From assembly GCA_008369845.1 (NCBI GenBank), contig MRSU01010652.1, forward strand, positions 1-33,996: a stretch of DNA of 33,996 nt, in the 5' to 3' direction. Under the pieces are notes generated by a model that was not told where the DNA came from, made no database searches, and saw only the letters and a list, made by a program, of their open reading frames with translations. Below are positions 31,048 through 33,996 of this stretch, one piece after another (the first letter of the stretch is position 1; each line of letters begins with the position of its first letter). The translations under genes were made by a program, and so were the position numbers. This stretch comes from Trichomonas gallinae. Taxonomy: Eukaryota.

Positions 31048-32095
31048 GCTTATACATTGTTTTATGTATTTGTATAAATATTAAAAGTATAAATTAAGTT
31101 TACATGACAGCAATAATCTGTTAGGATCTCAATATGACATAAACATTGGATTTGATGAGAATAAATTTAATATGATTTTCACAATGATTAGTAATATATA
31201 TGTGCTGCATGTTTGAAATCATTTAGAGCTCGAGTTAATTGAGCTTCATGTTTTTGAAATGTAACTTTCATTGGTGCATTAAATCGAGTCTAGAGGACAA
31301 TGTACTAGTATCTATGAAATCTATATAGGGTATTATTTGTTTATATGTATGTGCTCAATCATTTTATCAGTAATGTAAGTGTGCTGGACTTTTTGATTAA
31401 GTATATAGTCATAGGAAACATGTCCGAGGACATGAAAGCAGACTCTTCAAGAATAATCCTAAAACATGTCCAATAGCATTTTGATATGCACATTAACACT
31501 ACTATATTTATCTAAAACCATATTACATTTGTGTTTATTGTTTTAAGCATAACATTTCAATTCAATAACCAATTTTTCCTCAAAATTGTATTATTCATCA
31601 CATTTATAGACTAGTACATATATATAGTTATAATATACTGGTGTTTTCATATATTTGACTTTGTAAAGTATTTATTTGGCAAATTAAATGTTTATGTGGC
31701 AAAATGACAAAATATCATTTATTAATGTTGAACTTATAAGAATTATGCAGTTGATTTTAAAGTCAATTATCTTTAATATTTCTTAATAAAATGATATGAT
31801 TTTCAATTATAATTAATTCGAATGATTAATTCTTTATGTTTTGATGATTTCAGTTTAAGGAAATGGATAACAAAATTGATGCTTATGTAGATTTTCGATA
31901 GTGAAATGTTATAATTGTTGTTTTTAAGAATATTTTGACGAATTTTAATTAATAAAAACGTCTTTGACGGAATTTTACGACATTATAATCGTTTCCATCA
32001 TCAGATTATTAACATTCTTCTGTCTAAAAAGATTTTTAAGGAATTGTTGTATACGTTTAAAAAAAAATTATGAAGACGTTTATCAAACAAGAAAA

Positions 32096-33091
32096 ATGAT
32101 TCGTGGCTCACATGGACTCATTGGCTACTCCTCACGCAGGATTTTAGCAGATCCGAACAATAGAATGCCTCTTTCCAACGTTTCTAATGTTAGAATGGTT
32201 TCTGAAGATAAAAATTATCACAGCGCACGTTCAAATTACACAAGATCACGCTCTGTTGAAAGATTTTCTCATAAGGAGTGCTCATTCGGCGATCCAAAGA
32301 ACCCACTCGATGTTACACAGTACCAGCACATTATTTGGCGTTCTCTCTGCCAAAATGAGCTCAATGAGAGGCCAGTTGTCTTCCGACAGGAAGAACTCAA
32401 TTCAACAGACAGAGGAATTGCCTTTGACAACATGTCTCACGTTCATTATCGTCTTGGATTGGGAACTAATGGTTTATACATTGCTTACGGCATGATGGAC
32501 AGATATATGTCTGTCAAGCAGCTTCCTAAGAACAAACTGAAGACTTATTGCTGCGCTGCTTTGTTTATTGGCTCAAAAGTTGAAGATTATCATCAGCCAA
32601 GGATTGGAGACCTCATCAGAATGGCAGATCACTGCTTTGGTGAAAATGAACGCTCATTCTCTCCAAGAGACCTCTATGCGGCTGAAATCGACTTGATTAA
32701 CACGATTGGATTCGAAATCACATTCGGAACTCCACTTTTCTACATCACACAGCTCTTAAGAATATCAGGACAGACCCAAGATATAGTTTTGCTCGGTCGC
32801 TACATCCTAGAAGTCATGCAAACAGGTGAAAAATTCATCGGAATGAAATACTCAAAGCAGGCTGCTGTAGCTGTCATGGTTACACGCATCATTAACGGAG
32901 AGACAAAGTGGACATCTCAGTTGGCAGGATATACAAATTATTCTGAAACTGAGCTTTACACTTACGCTTTGGCCGTCCGCGATATGCTTGCCGAGAATGA
33001 CCTCATTACAACAAGATTCATGAGGAGAAAATATGGGACAGATTTATTCCACTGTGTTTCCCGTGTTAGAATCCCAATGAGCTTCAAATAA
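32096..33091 (+). CDS. Mitotic (A/B-type) cyclin
   Basis: Cyclin box DRGIAFDNM...LYIAYGMMDRYMS...ALFIGSKVED...AEIDLINTIGFEITFGTP, N-terminal destruction boxes and C-terminal RRKY. First ATG at 32096. Confidence 0.92.
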   Translation: MIRGSHGLIGYSSRRILADPNNRMPLSNVSNVRMVSEDKNYHSARSNYTRSRSVERFSHKECSFGDPKNPLDVTQYQHIIWRSLCQNELNERPVVFRQEELNSTDRGIAFDNMSHVHYRLGLGTNGLYIAYGMMDRYMSVKQLPKNKLKTYCCAALFIGSKVEDYHQPRIGDLIRMADHCFGENERSFSPRDLYAAEIDLINTIGFEITFGTPLFYITQLLRISGQTQDIVLLGRYILEVMQTGEKFIGMKYSKQAAVAVMVTRIINGETKWTSQLAGYTNYSETELYTYALAVRDMLAENDLITTRFMRRKYGTDLFHCVSRVRIPMSFK

Positions 33092-33276
33092 CTTTGTATT
33101 GTATCAAGTAATAAACAATCTGTATATTTGCTAAATCAAAAATCATTTAAATTTTTGAATAAAATATTTCATGTTTTCACATGTAAATGATGAATCCGAT
33201 ATGTATAATTTATCTAAATGGTGAGTAAAGAATGAAAAATTAGTTAGAAATCGACAAATTAATAAAATTTTTAGTT

Positions 33277-33522
33277 TTATGTGCAAGAACAAGAGCAGGA
33301 GCATGAGCAGCAGGAAGAGCACTTTGCGAGCTTCTTCAGTTTACCCTTGATTCCGAAAATAATTAAGGCAACGAGAATGAAAATTGTGAGAAGAATGGCT
33401 AAAACAGCAGCACCGACTGTTAAGTATGAGTATGCGCCATAGAATAACTTATGGGCTGCTGGTGTAGCTTGTGGGGCTGCTGCTGAGAGTGCACTCAACA
33501 GAGAGAGGAAGAGAACTATCAT
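33277..33522 (-). CDS. 81-aa single-pass membrane microprotein with Cys-rich cytosolic tail
   Basis: Signal peptide MIVLFLSLLSALSA, short ectodomain, TM, basic stop-transfer KGKLKK and tail CSSCCSCSCSCSCT. Inr TCACA at 33528-33524, GC-rich codons, stop in TAAA. Confidence 0.8.
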   Translation of the reverse strand: MIVLFLSLLSALSAAAPQATPAAHKLFYGAYSYLTVGAAVLAILLTIFILVALIIFGIKGKLKKLAKCSSCCSCSCSCSCT

Positions 33523-33996
33523 TTGTGAAATAAACGATAATCAAACTCAAATCAATTTCATTTTTCACATATTTGTAATAAGCTACTTATTTGAAAGCAA
33601 CCAAAGTTTTAGGCCGTTGCGATCAATTTGATGTTTGACACAAATTTGATAACTTTACAAAATTAAATTATTTACATGGCACATTTATAATTTACACGTC
33701 AAAATTGTTATCTTATCTCTTGGAACAAAAATATTTATTGTTCACTCAACAGGGCTATAAGGTATCCCATTCCTCCACTAATATGTGAACTATCAAAACA
33801 TCCGATCATTATTGCTTTATAGCGTATTTGACTAATAATAATTTACATGTCAATTTTATAAATTTATATGTCAAAATTAATACTAGAGCTTTTGGAACCA
33901 AAATACTATAGCACTATAATGTTTCCGTTTTGATCCAATTTGGAAATTTTCCGACATGACAAAATGGACATATTGTCAGTTACGTCAGTAAAAAAT

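Noticed and set aside
31416..31471. AAACATGTCC direct repeat and CATGTCC/GGACATG hairpin
   Set aside because: Too short to call a TSD/MITE, with no second copy seen in the window.
1..33996. Apparent functional clustering of ciliary genes (CFAP97-like, CCP, RP2) and ubiquitin genes (ZNF598, UBX, TBL1)
   Set aside because: The genes are interspersed on both strands in a eukaryote without operons, and these categories are common enough to co-occur by chance.

Overview
AT-rich, intron-poor eukaryotic DNA, most consistent with a trichomonad (Trichomonas-like parabasalid). This rests on TCAYW Inr elements just upstream of several ATGs, TAAA-type stops and typical expanded families (Myb, ankyrin, PPP phosphatase, glycine-rich proteins). 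About 17 intact genes: a ZNF598/Hel2-like RING/C2H2 E3 ligase running off the left edge (absent from the ORF track), an R2R3 Myb, a CFAP97-like protein, a glycine-rich/Ig-like protein, a cytosolic carboxypeptidase, a mucin-EGF-IPT surface protein, two members of an uncharacterised GGAI-containing family, a TBL1-like LisH-WD40, RP2, a 2-TM microprotein, a PPP phosphatase, a bacterial-type PfkB kinase, a UIM-UBX protein, an ankyrin protein, a mitotic cyclin and an 81-aa membrane protein with a Cys-rich tail. The most distinctive signal is the uncharacterised family: two intact genes, a clear pseudogene between them and a probable fourth, heavily decayed copy about 9 kb away. All four carry the same upstream 9-mer (ATCCGATTT on the coding strand), and the three clustered copies share a conserved C-terminal tail but lack signal peptides. 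No tRNA, rRNA, CRISPR array or intact transposon was recognised. All family assignments come from motif recognition by eye, not from database searches.
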